This document shows, one piece after another, positions 26,165-38,380 of a stretch of 64,000 nt of DNA. Source of the stretch: Mobula hypostoma (taxonomy: Eukaryota); assembly GCF_963921235.1 (NCBI RefSeq), contig NC_086108.1, forward strand, positions 34,970,001-35,034,000, written 5' to 3'. The position numbers were made by a program, and so were the translations under genes. Every line of letters starts with the position of its first letter. Position 1 is the first letter of the stretch. The notes beneath the pieces were generated by a model, which had not been told where the DNA came from, ran no database searches, and saw only the letters and a program-made list of their open reading frames with translations.

Positions 26165-26973
26165 CTCCAAGAGGACCAAAACACTGTCGTGGTTTGGAAG
26201 GCTGCGTGGCCTTAATGATCTGGAGACCTATATTGGCTGGAGTCAGGGCTTTATGCTTTATGTAGGTGTTAAGAGTGATTTTTGGGTTTAGGTCATTTAC
26301 ATTTAGCAAATGGCTTTGGCCACCAGTCTTCTGTTCCTTGACAATGTATTGTGGATTTAGTTTGTAACAATGTATTTCCTAAAAGCTGTGAATCCCAGTC
26401 CAGACACTGCTGGCGCCTGTGGGATGGATGTAATCCGAAGGTGTGACGTTTGTATGTAGCTTCAAAAGAAAGCATTGTCTATACTTTGTAAATATGGATT
26501 GCCCTTTGTGCTTAGCAAATAAATATTGAGCCCCACACTGGGCCAGCAGACCTTTCCACCAAAAGCATCTCCATACGATGCCTGCTGTATCTTGTTTTGT
26601 CGCATAAAGAAGATGCTTTGTATCTAACAGTAACTCTCTCTCTGGTGATTTCATTCATGCAACAACAGTAGGGTCACCGATACTGAACAGGTCAAAGGGT
26701 AGAGGCCAGGCAGAGAGTGGCCCACTGGTCCACCAGCTTCGGGGGTTCAGCTCAGGACTGGTAAAACAAAATTGTTACAGAAATAGCAATGAAGAATCCT
26801 TCTACATCTGAGTGCCACGGTATCCGAGTCCCACTGGGACTTGCATGACTGGCAGTAGAGAAAACAGAGAAGATGCGATTGACACGATGAAGGAAGCCCT
26901 GAATGCCGCCAGGGATGGAGGACCTTTACTGCTGTCCGAAACACTAATGACATAATGGACAGTAAGTAAGTAA
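26165..26973 (+). mobile_element. RTE-derived bipartite non-autonomous element interrupted by a ~400-bp insert
   Basis: Colinear with 43441-43755 except for 26260-26667; ends in an (AAGT)n tail. Confidence 0.6.
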
Positions 26974-27439
26974 TAACAACTGCGATCAAATGATATATCC
27001 TGTATATAGATCTTTCGATCACCATCATTATGTACTGTGTTGTATAATTTTGTAGGGGAGCCAAAATCTGATAAAAAGTTCTTAAATTTAACAGGCACAG
27101 TTGAATTGAATTGCATAACATTGATATATCTGACTGCAGTATTTTCCTCTTCTTTTCCATTATCTTTGAACCAGTTAACTGTAAGAGTTCAGTGAAATTT
27201 AGATTTGAAAATGATCCCTTTAGAGTTTTATCGAACTTGTTCAAAGCACTTCTTCAGCAGATTATTCTCTGAATCCAGGACAATCTTGTAAGGCTGCCAA
27301 CTCTAAACACACCCTTTAGACGTTTAGGGCTCTACAATATGACGGCTAGAATACCTTTCTACACTTTCTAACCATCTGTGGAATTAGGAACAAACTGATA
27401 CATTTAAAAAAAATGTTAGATGACTAAATATTTACAGAG

Positions 27440-28290
27440 AACAGTGCTCGCTCAGTGCCTCCGGAGTAGGAACATATGATGTCCTTTTTGTATCTGGATC
27501 GTGCAGCAACTGGATGCATCCGGCATTTTGCATTATTCCAGATTTCCGTGGATGAAAACCTATTGCCAGCTCGCGTTATTTGATCGGCACAAGCCTCGAT
27601 CCGTTCAGGACAATTGGTACGGTATTTTGAGCCGGCCCGACCCCGCTCAGCCCAGTGACGAGTGACGAGCCCGATGAGGTCATGCGCTGGGCCGTTGACG
27701 TCGAACGCGCCAACTTTCAATGTTCGAAGACGCCGTGGCGGTTGGAGTAGGTAAGCGCGAGCTTGTTTTCGGGAGGTTTGCGACGGTCGTTGTCAACAAG
27801 AGTACGGCGCCAGTCGCTGTGTTTGGAGTAGCACTGTCTTTTTGTGTTTTCTTTTCTGTCATTGCCTTTGTTCTACCTCCACAGAAACCTTTAACGGTCT
27901 TTTATTTTGGTCTAAGGGAATGTGCAGACAATTGAATGTGACAGCTCGGGCCGTGCTGGTTATAGTTTCTCTCCCCTGGTGTTTTATTATTTTTTTTAAC
28001 GCTACATTATAGTGAAATGTCAAAGTTGCGCCCCAATCGGCTTGTTAGAAATTGCTCTGTACACATAAAACGAAAAGCGGTCGAACTTGGCGACACATAT
28101 GAAACTTGCCAGCAATTAGTTTTTCGTCCGCGCATGCTCTATTGGATGAGCGACCGGCCCTAAGGACACCGCCGCTATGTTTGCGCATGCTCGGCCTCCG
28201 TTTGGCGCTTGCTCAGTTAGTCAGGAGCCGGCTTTATAACTTTGGTCCTTTCAAAGTAGGATTGGCGAGAAACTCCGCTGCTTTATTGGA
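27440..28290 (+). promoter_or_regulatory. Bipartite CpG island / NUF2 promoter region
   Basis: CpG-rich blocks 27440-27830 (repeated TGACG half-sites) and 28030-28290 (GCGCATGC x2, CCAAT/ATTGG x4, TTCAAA at 28250). Confidence 0.7.
27720..27750 (+). CDS. NUF2: Candidate NUF2 first exon, 3' part with upstream in-frame ATG (MFEDAVAVGV)
   Basis: Strong donor TAG|GTAAGC at 27751 in a CpG island. Splicing to the acceptor at 52502 gives G+CT CAA ATG, in frame with the conserved start. No transcript evidence. Confidence 0.55.
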
Positions 28291-28549
28291 GTATACATTT
28301 TCAATGGACTCCTAAGATGCTGAGTTTTGATTATGTACGTGCAATGTATAAAGAAAGCATCTCCTTCTTAAGCCCATCCTCCGCCACCTCCAGTTTAAAT
28401 TCCATGCGGAATATTTTGAAGGATCAAGAACCAAGAACGATATATTTAATATCTAAAATAATTTCCCAAAGTACATAACTCAATACGATAGAGGCGTTTC
28501 CAAGGCTCCTAAATATGCACATGAATGTACTGAGAATTTATTCTTTTGT

Positions 28550-29090
28550 TATAATTTTCTCAACGCTCTAGCAGCAGATTCCACATAGGTATAAATTTGG
28601 TCCTCAAGTTCCTTGTAAATATTTCCCTCTCATCTTAAACCTATGCATTCTACTGCTTGATTTCCCCAACCCTTGGGAAAATACTGAGTGCTTTCACCCT
28701 ATCTGCACGGCTCATGATCTTATATACTTTTCGACAAGATCACCTCTAAGTCTCCTACACTCCAAGCAATAAAATCCTAGCCTCTTCAAACTCCCCCTAT
28801 AATTGACTCCCTCAAATCCTGGCAACATCCTTACAAATCTGATCTGTCCTCTCCATTTTAATAATCACTTTCCTATAGTGGGGAAAGCTTAACTCAGTAT
28901 TCCAAGTGTGACCCCGCTAGTGTCTTGTATAACTGTGCCATGACCTCCCAACTTTTATATTTAATGCCCTGACCAATGAAGATCAGTGTGGCAAAAGATT
29001 CTTCACTATTCTCTCTACCTGTGGTTCATTTCAGGGTATCATGTATTTGAGCTCAAGCTTTACACTTCCCAGGGCCCTACTATTCACCTG
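28550..29090 (-). mobile_element. Decayed CR1 3' fragment
   Basis: Similar to the 2.5-3.0 kb CR1 segment. Confidence 0.6.
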
Positions 29091-29267
29091 GCATTAATCT
29101 GAATGGTGTTATATTTGAATGCACACAATATATAGTCAAGACCATAAGATTTAGGAGCAGAATTAGGCGATTTGGCCCATTGAGTCTACGCCACGATTTC
29201 ATCATGGCTGATCCATTTTTCCCCTCAGTCCCAAATTTCTGTCTTCTCCCCATATCCCTTATGTCCT

Positions 29268-30120
29268 TGAGTTTGAGTACAGAGAGGTAATTAGGAACCT
29301 GGTGGTATGGTGCGAAAACAATAACCTATCCCTCAACGTCAGCAAAATGAAGGAATTGGTTGTTGACTTCAGAAGGATTAGCAGACCGCATGACCCAATT
29401 TACATCTTTCTTGCGCAAGTGGAACAGGTCAAGAGCTTTAAGTTCCTCAGGGTCAATATCACAAATGACCTGACTTGGTCCAACCAAACAGAGTTCACTG
29501 CCAAGAAGGCCCACCAGTGCCTTTACTTCCTGAGAAAACTAAAGAAATTTGGCCTGTCCCCTAAAACCCTCACTAATTTTTATAGATGCACCGTAGAAAG
29601 TATTCTTCTAGGGTGCATCACAACCTGGAATGGAAGTTGTCCTGTCCAAGACCGAAAGAAGCTGCAGAAGATCGTGAATACGGTGCAGCACATCACACAA
29701 ACCAATCTTCCGTCCGTGGACTCACTTTAAACCACATGCTGTCGGAGCAGTGCTGCCAGGATAATCAAGGACACGACCCACCCAGCCAACACACTTTTCG
29801 CCCCTCTTCCCTCCGGGAGAAGGCTCAGGAGCTTGAAGACCCGTACGGCCAGATTTGGGAACAGCTTCTTTCCAACTGTGATAAGACTGCTGAACGGATC
29901 CTGACCCGGATCTGGGCCGTACCCTCCACATATCCGGACCTGCCTCTTGGTTGTTTTGCACTACCTTACTTTCCATTTTTCTATTTTCTATTTATGATTT
30001 ATAATTTAAATTTTTAATATTTACTATCGATTTGTAATCCAGGGAGCGGGAAGTGCAGAATCAAATATCGCTGTGAGGATTGTACGTTCTAGTATCAATT
30101 GTTTGACAATAAAGTATAAA
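29268..30120 (+). mobile_element. Rex1/Babar LINE, 5'-truncated
   Basis: [22 protein letters not shown]...[10 protein letters not shown]; tail AATAAAGTATAAA; GTCCT on both sides. Confidence 0.9.
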
Positions 30121-30539
30121 GTCCTGACTATTAAAGAATTTATCAACCTTTGCCTTAAATATACTCAATGATTTGGCCTCCACAGCTGGCCGGCAACAGA
30201 TTCACCACTCTTGGCTAAAGAAATTCCTCTTCATCTCTGTTCTGAAAGGACATCCCTCTATCCTGAGGTTGCGTGCTCCGGTCTTAGACTCCCCCAGCAA
30301 AGGAAGCATCCTTTCCACATCCACCTTATCGAGGCCTTTCAACATTTGATAGGTTTCAATTAGGTCACCCCTCATTCTTCTGAATTTCAGTGAGTAGAGG
30401 CCCAGAGCCATCAAATGCTCCATATGTGACAAGCCTTTCAATCCTGGAATCACTTTTTGTGAACCTCTTTTGAAGCCTCTTCAATGTCAGCACATCCTTT
30501 CTTGGCCCAAAACTGCTCATAATACTTGATATGAAGAAA

Positions 30540-31153
30540 CTTTGAGATGGGGTGCAAGCCAATGTTCGACTCTGTTTCACTGTTTAAAGCGTCGAGGAAG
30601 ACTGAGACATTGAGGCGAATGCAGAAGTGTCAGTGTCAACTGCCTGCATTTGATCGCTGCTGGAGAAGGAGTCTGAGCGATCTATGATGTGTGGTTTGCT
30701 GTGGCAGCCGGTAGGCCTTTTTGCTTTGTGTGGTGTTCCCCTCTTTCGATGAATATCGGTGATATCATATGATGGTATTGTGGTTCTGCGTTTACGGAAT
30801 GGACTATTGCATTTATGGACAGTGGAACTTTTCAGACATAGTTTTTATTCATCACTTGTTACTCTGTTGTTTTCTGAGGGGAGGGTGTTCGGGGTTTGAT
30901 ATTTTAGAGTTTTGTGTGGTGGAGGTGTTGTTTTTAAGTGGTCAATATTTCTGTTCCGTTTAGGTGGGGGAGTGTTTTAATTATCGGGATGCTGCTCTTT
31001 TTTGAACGGGTCATGAGGGAGTGTTGGGTTTGATGTTTCTCTCTGAATGCCCTTCATGTTCTTTCTTTGTTTCGTGGCTATCAGGAGAAATACAGATTTC
31101 ATTAAGTTTTACATGGATACAAGCATTGATAAATGAAAATTTGAACCTTTGAA
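30540..31153 (+). mobile_element. Non-coding retroposon fragment nested in CR1
   Basis: Interrupts CR1 colinearity; GT-rich body ending in a TTGAAC-like tail. Confidence 0.5.
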
Positions 31154-32100
31154 ATGAGGCCTCAGAGCTTTATAAAGTCTCAACATTATATCCTTGCTTT
31201 ACATTTTAGTCCTCCCGAAATGCAATCCTCACCACTGACTTGACCTGCAAATTAACCTTTAGGGAATCCTGTACAAGAACTCCCAAGTCCCTTTGCAACT
31301 CAGATTTTTGAATTTTCTCACCATTTAGAAAATAGTCTACACTTTTTATTTCTTCTACCAAAGTGCATGACCATACTTTCTGACACTATTCATCTGCCAC
31401 TTTTCCCTAATCTAAGTCCTCTGTAGCTTCTGTTTCCTCAGATCTATCTGCCCCACCACCTATCTTCATACCATCTGCAAACTTGGCGACAAAGCCACCA
31501 ATTCTTTCATCCAAATCATTGACAAATAACAAAAACAAGTAGTCCCAACTCCAGCCTCTGTGAAATGCCACTTGTCACTGGCAGCCAACCAGAAAAGGCT
31601 CAGTTTATTTCTGCTCTGCCTGCTGCCAATCAGCCAAATATCTATCTATGCTAGTGTCTTTCCTGTCATACCATGGCAGCCTCCTGTGGCACCTTGTCAA
31701 AGGTCTTCTGAAAATCCAAGAACACATCTACTGATTCTCCTTTGTCCATCCTGCTTGTTATTTCTTCAAAGAATTCCAAGAATTCCCTTGAGGAAACCAT
31801 GCTGACTACGGCCTATTTTATCAAGTGCCTTCAAGTACCTCGAAACTACATCCTTAATAGACTCCAATTTCTTCCCATCCACTGAGATCAGACTAACTGG
31901 TCTATAATTTCCTTTCTTCTATCTCTCTCCCTTCTTGAAGAGTGGAGTGACATTTGCAATTTTTCAGTCCTCTGGGACTATGCTAGAATCAATTGATTCT
32001 TGGAAGATCATTAATGTCTCCACAATTTCTTCAGCCACCTCTTTCAGAACCCTGGGATCTATGCCATCTGGTGCAGGTGGCTTACTTACCTTCGGACCTT

Positions 32101-33378
32101 TTGAATTGAATTGACTTTATTGCTTGCATCCTTCATGTACATGAGTAAAAATCTTTGCATTACATCTAAATGTGCAATTTATAGTAATTTATAATAGTAT
32201 ATACAACAGGATAGTCAATATAACATAGAAATACAGTTGTGTCAGCATGAATGAATCAGTCTGATGGCTTGGTAGAAGAAGCTGTCCCGGAGCCTGTTGG
32301 TCCTGGCTTTTATGTTGGGATACTGTTTCCCGGATGGTAGCAGCTGCAACAGTTTGTGCTTGGGGTGACTCGGATCCCCAATAATCCTTTGGGCCCTTTT
32401 TACACACCTGTCTTTGTAAATATCCTGAATAGTGGGAAGTTCACATCTACTGATGCGCTGGGCTGTCCACACCACTCTCTGCAGAGTTCTGCGATTGAGG
32501 GAAGTACCGTTCCCATACCAGGCAGTGATGTAGCCAGTCAGGATGCTCTCAATTGTGCCCTGACAGAATGATCTTAGGAATTGGGGGCCCACACCAAACT
32601 TCTTCGACCGTTGTGCCTTTTTCACCACACAGCTGGTATGTACAGATCATGTGAGATGCTCGGTGATGTTTATGCTGAGGAACTTAAAGCTGTTCACCCT
32701 TTCAACCCCAGATCCATTGATGGCAATAGGGGCTAGCCTGTCTCCATTCTGCCTGTAGTCCACAATCAGCTCCTTTGTTTTTGTGACATTTGAAGAGAGG
32801 TTGTTTTGACACCACTGTCAAGGTGATGACTTCTTCTCTGTGGCTGCCTCATTATTATTTGAGATTAGGCCAATCAGTGTAGTGTTGCCAGCAAATTTTA
32901 ATTAGCAGATTGGAGCTGTGGGTGGTGACACAGTAATGGATATACATAAGGAGGGGGCATAGGCCCTGAGGGGCAGAGTTGAGGGGGCCCACTCTTACCA
33001 CCTGCCAGCAATCTGACAGGAAGACCAGGATCCAGCTACACAAGGCAGGGTGAAGGCTGAGGTCTCTGAGCTTCTCGTTTAACCTGGAGGGAGTTATGTT
33101 GAATGCTCAACTGTAGTCCAAGAACGGTATTCTCACATAAGCATCCTTCTCCAGATATGTAAGGATGGTGTGTAGAGCTGCGGTTATTGCGTTATCTGTC
33201 GATTGGTTGTGTTGGTAGGTGAACTGTAGGGGATCCAGTGTGGGTGGTAGCATGCTGCAGATGTAGACCTTGACCAACCTCTCAAAGCATTTGCTTATTA
33301 TTGAGGTGAATGCGACAGGACGCCAGTCATTCAGACATGTTACTTTGGTCTTTTTAGGTACCGGAACAATGGTGGTAT
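32101..33378 (-). mobile_element. Rex1/Babar LINE (second subfamily) nested in CR1
   Basis: ORF 32242-32628 GTIESILTGYITAWYGN...LLPSGKQY...TNRLRDSFF; (CAATT)n tail. Confidence 0.85.
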
Positions 33379-34449
33379 TAGTTTCCCAAGAATCTTCTCC
33401 CTAGTAATGGCAATTTCACACACTTCTACCTCCTAACACTTTCGAACTTCCGGCATACTCCTAGTGTCTTCCACAGTGAAGACTGATGCAAAATTCTGAT
33501 TCAGTTCATCCATTGTTTCTTTGTGCCCCATTACTACCTCAACAGCATCATTTTTACAGTGGTCTAATATTTTTCCCTCTGTTTTACACTATGAATCTGA
33601 AGAAATTTTTGGTATCCTCTTTAATATTATTGGCTAGCTTGCATTTATATTCTATTTTTCCTCCTTTATGACTTTTTGTTTTAAGTTTCCTTCGGTTTTT
33701 AAAAGCTTCCCGATCCTCTAACTTCCCACCAATTTTGTTCTATTATACTCTTTGGCTTTAATTTATTCTCTTTGGCTTTAATGTTGGCTGTGACTTCCTT
33801 TGTCAGCCACGGTTGTGTCATCCTGCATTTAGAATACCACTTTGGGATGTATATATCTTGGGCCTTCCAAATTGCTCTCAGAAATTCTAACCATTGCTGC
33901 TCTGCTATCATCCCTGCTAGTGTTCCTTTCCAATTAATTTTGGCCAGCTCCTCTTTCATGCCTCTGTAATTCCCTTTCTTACACTGATGCTGACACATCT
34001 GACTTCAGCTTCCTCTTCTCAAATTGCAGGATGAATTTGATTGTATTATGGTCTCTTCACTTGTTCCCTAAGTGTTCCTTAAGCTCTAATCAATTCTGGT
34101 TCATTGTACAGCATCCAGTCAGAATAGCTGATTCCCTAGTGGGCTCAACTACGAGCTGCTCTAAAAAGCTATCTCAGATGCATTTTAGAAATTCCCCTTG
34201 GGATCCTGTACCGACCTGATTTTCCCAATCAACCAGCATATTGAAATCCCTCATGACTATCATAACATTGCTCTTTTGACATGCATTTTCTATCTCCTAT
34301 TGTAATTTATAGACCCCATCTTTACTACTGTTTGGGGATCTGATATAACTTCCAGCAGGATCCTTTTTTTTTAACCCCTGCAGGTCCTTAGCTCTATCCA
34401 GAAGCAATTCTAAACCTTCCGGTTCTATGTCACCTCTTTCTAATGATTT

Positions 34450-35250
34450 GGTAGATGATTTTATAACACAGTTAGATTGGCAGGTATGATATTGTGGGCA
34501 TTACTGATTCGTGACTGAATGAAGATTATAGTTGGGAGCTCAACATCCAAGGATACACATACACACTCTATGGAAAGGACAGGTGGGTAGGCAGAGGGGT
34601 GGGGTGACCCTGTTAGGGGAAAAAAATGAAATCAAATCCCTAGAAAGAGGTGATCTACCAACGGAAGATATAGAATCCATGTGGGGTAGAGTTCAGAAAC
34701 TGCAGGGGTAAGAAGACTGATATGGGAGTTGTACACAGGCCTCTGAACAGGAGCCAGAATGTGGGGTAGAAATTACGAAGGGTGGAAGAAAAAGCAATGT
34801 TATGATGGTCATGGGGAATTCAAATATGCAGATAAATTAGGGAAGTCAGGTTGGTTCTGGATCCCAAGACAGGGAATTTGTAGAATGCATATGAGATGAC
34901 TTTTCTTGAGCATTGTGTGGGAACCACTAGGGGAAAGGCAATTCTGGATTGGGTGTTGTGTAATTAACCATATTTGATTAGGGACCCTATGGTAAAGGAA
35001 CCCTTAGGAGGCTGTGACCATGATATGATAGCGTTCATCCTGCAGTTTGAGAAGGAGAAGCTGAAGTCGGATGTATCAATATGACAGTTGAGTAAAGGGA
35101 ACTACAGGGACATGAGAGAGGAGGTGGGTAAAGTTGATTGAATGAAGACATGAGCAGGGATGTGGCAGAACAGCAGTGGCTGGAGTTTCTGGAAGTAATT
35201 CGGAAGGCATAAGATAAACGCATCCTAAAGATGAAGTACTCTAAACGGAA
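34450..35250 (+). mobile_element. CR1 endonuclease-domain fragment
   Basis: ESMWVE, MVMG.FN, AILDWVLCN and LGGCDHDMI-like APE motifs. Confidence 0.7.
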
Positions 35251-35479
35251 ACCCTTTCTAGGGAAGGGGTGACCAGTATAAGAGGGGTGGGTTGCACCTG
35301 AATTGGAAGGGAACCGATTTCCTGGCTGGGAGCTTTGCTGATGTTACCCTATAGAGGTTAAGCTAGTTTTACTGGGGGCTAGGCACCAAAGCCCCAGGTC
35401 AGTAAGGGAAGGACTAGACCAAAGATAGATGTCAGGGGAAGCACTGAAGGGCAGAAGTGGTATGATGGGTTGGATAGTT

Positions 35480-38380
35480 TGAAGTATGTATATTTTAATG
35501 CTATGAGTATTCAAAGTAATGGTAATGAACTTAGAGCATAGAGCATTACATGGAACTATGATGTTGTAGCTATTACTGAAACTTGGTTGAGAGGGAGGCA
35601 GAAATTGGTCATTAATGTGCCATGTTTTTGAAGTTTTAGAAAAGAGAGAAGAAGGCCGTACCCTCCAAATATCCAGACCTGCCTCTCGGTTTTTTTGCAC
35701 TACCTTACTTTCTATTTTCTATTTATGATTTATAATTTAAATTTCTAATATTTACTATCGATTTGTACTCTAGGGAGCGGGGATCGCTGCGATGATTGTA
35801 CGTTCTAGTATCAATTGTTTGGCGACAATAAAGTAAAGATTGGGGGAGGGGAAGAGTTGTACTACTAATTGGGGACAATATCACAGCTGCACTCGGGAGA
35901 CATAATGGAGGGGTCAGACACTGAGTCCATTTAGGTAGAACTCTGGATTAGCAAGGGTGCAATCACACTGATGGGATTGTACTACAGACCCACTTATAGC
36001 TTCCGGGACATTAAGGAATAGATGTGTAATTAGATTAAGGAAATGTTTTTAAAAAAAATAGGGCTGTTGGCGTGGGGAATTTCAACTTCCCCTAATATAA
36101 ACTGGGACCTTTGTGTAAGGGTTTAGATGGGCAAAGTTTAAGTGTATCCAGAAAGGTTTCTTAAATCAATATATACACAGTGCAAAAACAGGGGCTGTGT
36201 TGGTTAATGAACTTGGCCAGGTGACTGATCTTTCAGTGAATGAAAAGTTAGGGAACAGTGACCACAACTCCTTAACTTTCAGGATATCTATAGATGAGGA
36301 TAGGTATGGTTCTCGTAGGAGAGTTTTAAATTGGAGTAGGGCAAATTACAAGGGCATTAGGCAGGAACAAAGAAGCATTAATTGGGATCATCTCTCCGGC
36401 AAGTCCACATCAGATATGTGGGTGGTGTTTTAAGATCAAGCATAAAGTACAGGAAAAATATGTTCCTGTTATAAGGAAGGACAGGGATGGAAAGGATGTC
36501 GAGAGAGGTCAAGAAGAAGAAGCTTCAGAAGTTAATTTCAAACGTAACACATGAGTATCAGAAAGATAGAAAAGACCTAAATAAAGAATTGGGAGGGCCA
36601 GGAGAGGCCATGAAAAGTTCTTGGCTTAAGGTGAGTCCCAGGCATTCTATACATACATCAAGAGTAAAAGGGGTAGGACAACTTGAGGATGGGGGGGGGG
36701 GTGGAATCATTTGATTGGATGCAGAGAATAATGAGTACTTTGCTTCAGTATTTAAAAGGAAAAGGATATGGAGGACCAAGAGATCAGTGAAGTTTATAAA
36801 TATGTTGGGATGTTTAGAGTTCAAAGAGTAGGAAGTGTTGCACCTCCCTAATGAGTACTAAGGTGGATAAGTACCCAGGGCCTGATGGGATTTACCCCAG
36901 GTTATTGAAGGAAGCAAGGGATGAGATTGCTGGGCCCCTGACTGTATCTTCTTGTCCTCTCTAGATACAGCTGAGATCCTGGAAGACTGGTGAGTAACTA
37001 ATATTGTACCTCTACTTCAGAAGGGAACAAGGGAAGATCCTGGGAACTATAGAGCTGTGAGTTTCATCAGTTGTAGGGAAATTGCTGGATAACGTCCTTA
37101 GAGACAGGATATGATCATTTGGAAACCCACTGAGAGCCAGCATGACTTTGTGCGTGGCAGGTTATGCCTTACCAACTTGATTGTTTATTTTGACAAGGTG
37201 ACAAAAGAGATTGATGGGGGTAGGGCAGGCATGTTGTTTACATGGATTTTGGTAAGGCGTTTGATGAAGTCACTGAGGCTAATCCGGAAGATTTAGATGT
37301 ATGGGGTCTGCAGCGAATTGGCTATTTGGATTCAGAATATGATTGTGCATAGAAGACAGAGGGTAGTGGCTGAAGGGACTTATTTGATCTAGAGGTCTGC
37401 AATCAGTGGCGTTCTGCAGGGATCTGTGCTGGGATCTCTGCTGTTTGTGATGTATATAAATGACCTGGATGAAAATGTTGATGGGTGGGTTATTAAATTT
37501 GCCGATGATACCAAGATTGATGGAGTTGTGGATAGTGTAGACGACTGGCAAAGAATACAGCACCATATAGATCAGTTGCAGATATGGGCAGAGAAATGGC
37601 AGATGGAGTTTAATCCAGATAGATGTGAGGTTTGCACCTCAGTAGCTCAAATGCAAGGAGACATTACAATGTTAAGGGCAAGACCCTTAACAGTGTTGCT
37701 AAGCAGGGAGATCTTGGGATCCAAGTTCATAGCTCCTTGAAAGTGGCTACACGGGTTGATAAAGTGGTTAAGAAGGTTTATGCTTGCTTTTATTAGTCAA
37801 GGTGTTGATTTCAAAAGTCAGCAGGTTATGTTGCAACTTTATAAATCTTTGGTTAAGCCACATTTGGAGTATTGTGTACATATTTGGTCGCTCCGCTATA
37901 GGAAGGATGTTGAGGCTTTGGAGAAGGTGCAGGAAAAGTTTACCAGGATGCTGCCTGGTTTAGAGGACATGTGCTGTGATGAAAGACTGGATATATTTGG
38001 GTTGTTTTCACTGGAGTGCCAGAGGCTGAGGGGAGATCTGATAGAGGTTTACAAGATTGAGAAGCATAGAGAGTGGACGGAGTATCTGGTTCCTCAGGGT
38101 TGAAATGTCTAATACCAGAGGGCATGCACTGAAGGTGAGAGGTAAGGTAGTAGGTTGAAGAGGGATGTGAGGGGTAAGATTTTTTACTCATTCATGGATG
38201 CCAGGAATGCGCTGGTATGGTGGTAGAGGCTTTTATAAGATGTTTTCATAGGCACATTGACGTAAGGATGATGGAGGGATATGGACATGGTGTAGGTAGG
38301 AAAGATTAATGTTTGAGTGTTTTTGATTTGCTTATTAGCTGGTTCAGCACAACATTGTGAGCAGATTGTACTGTTCTATG
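35480..38380 (+). mobile_element. Near-complete decayed CR1 ORF2 and 3' UTR
   Basis: AITETWL, LGNSDHNSLTF, PGPDGIYPRLL, KFADDTK and RLRGDLIEVYK in order. Confidence 0.88.
35653..35837 (+). mobile_element. Short 3' end of the 29.3/51 kb Rex1 family
   Basis: GGCCGTACCCTCCAAATATCC...GGCGACAATAAAGTA closely matches 51835-52056. Confidence 0.85.

Larger units (their letters stand above)
29135..34450 (-). mobile_element. Long decayed CR1 LINE split by three younger insertions
   Basis: 3' tail at ~29135. RT pieces at 30121-30530 and 31155-32100 ([11 protein letters not shown]); EN/linker at 33380-34450 (KGNYRGMKEELAKINW). Confidence 0.8.

Noticed and set aside
26747..27720. Minus-strand ORFs upstream of NUF2 as a third gene
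   Set aside because: No recognisable homology or consistent splice pattern; one runs into an RTE-derived repeat.
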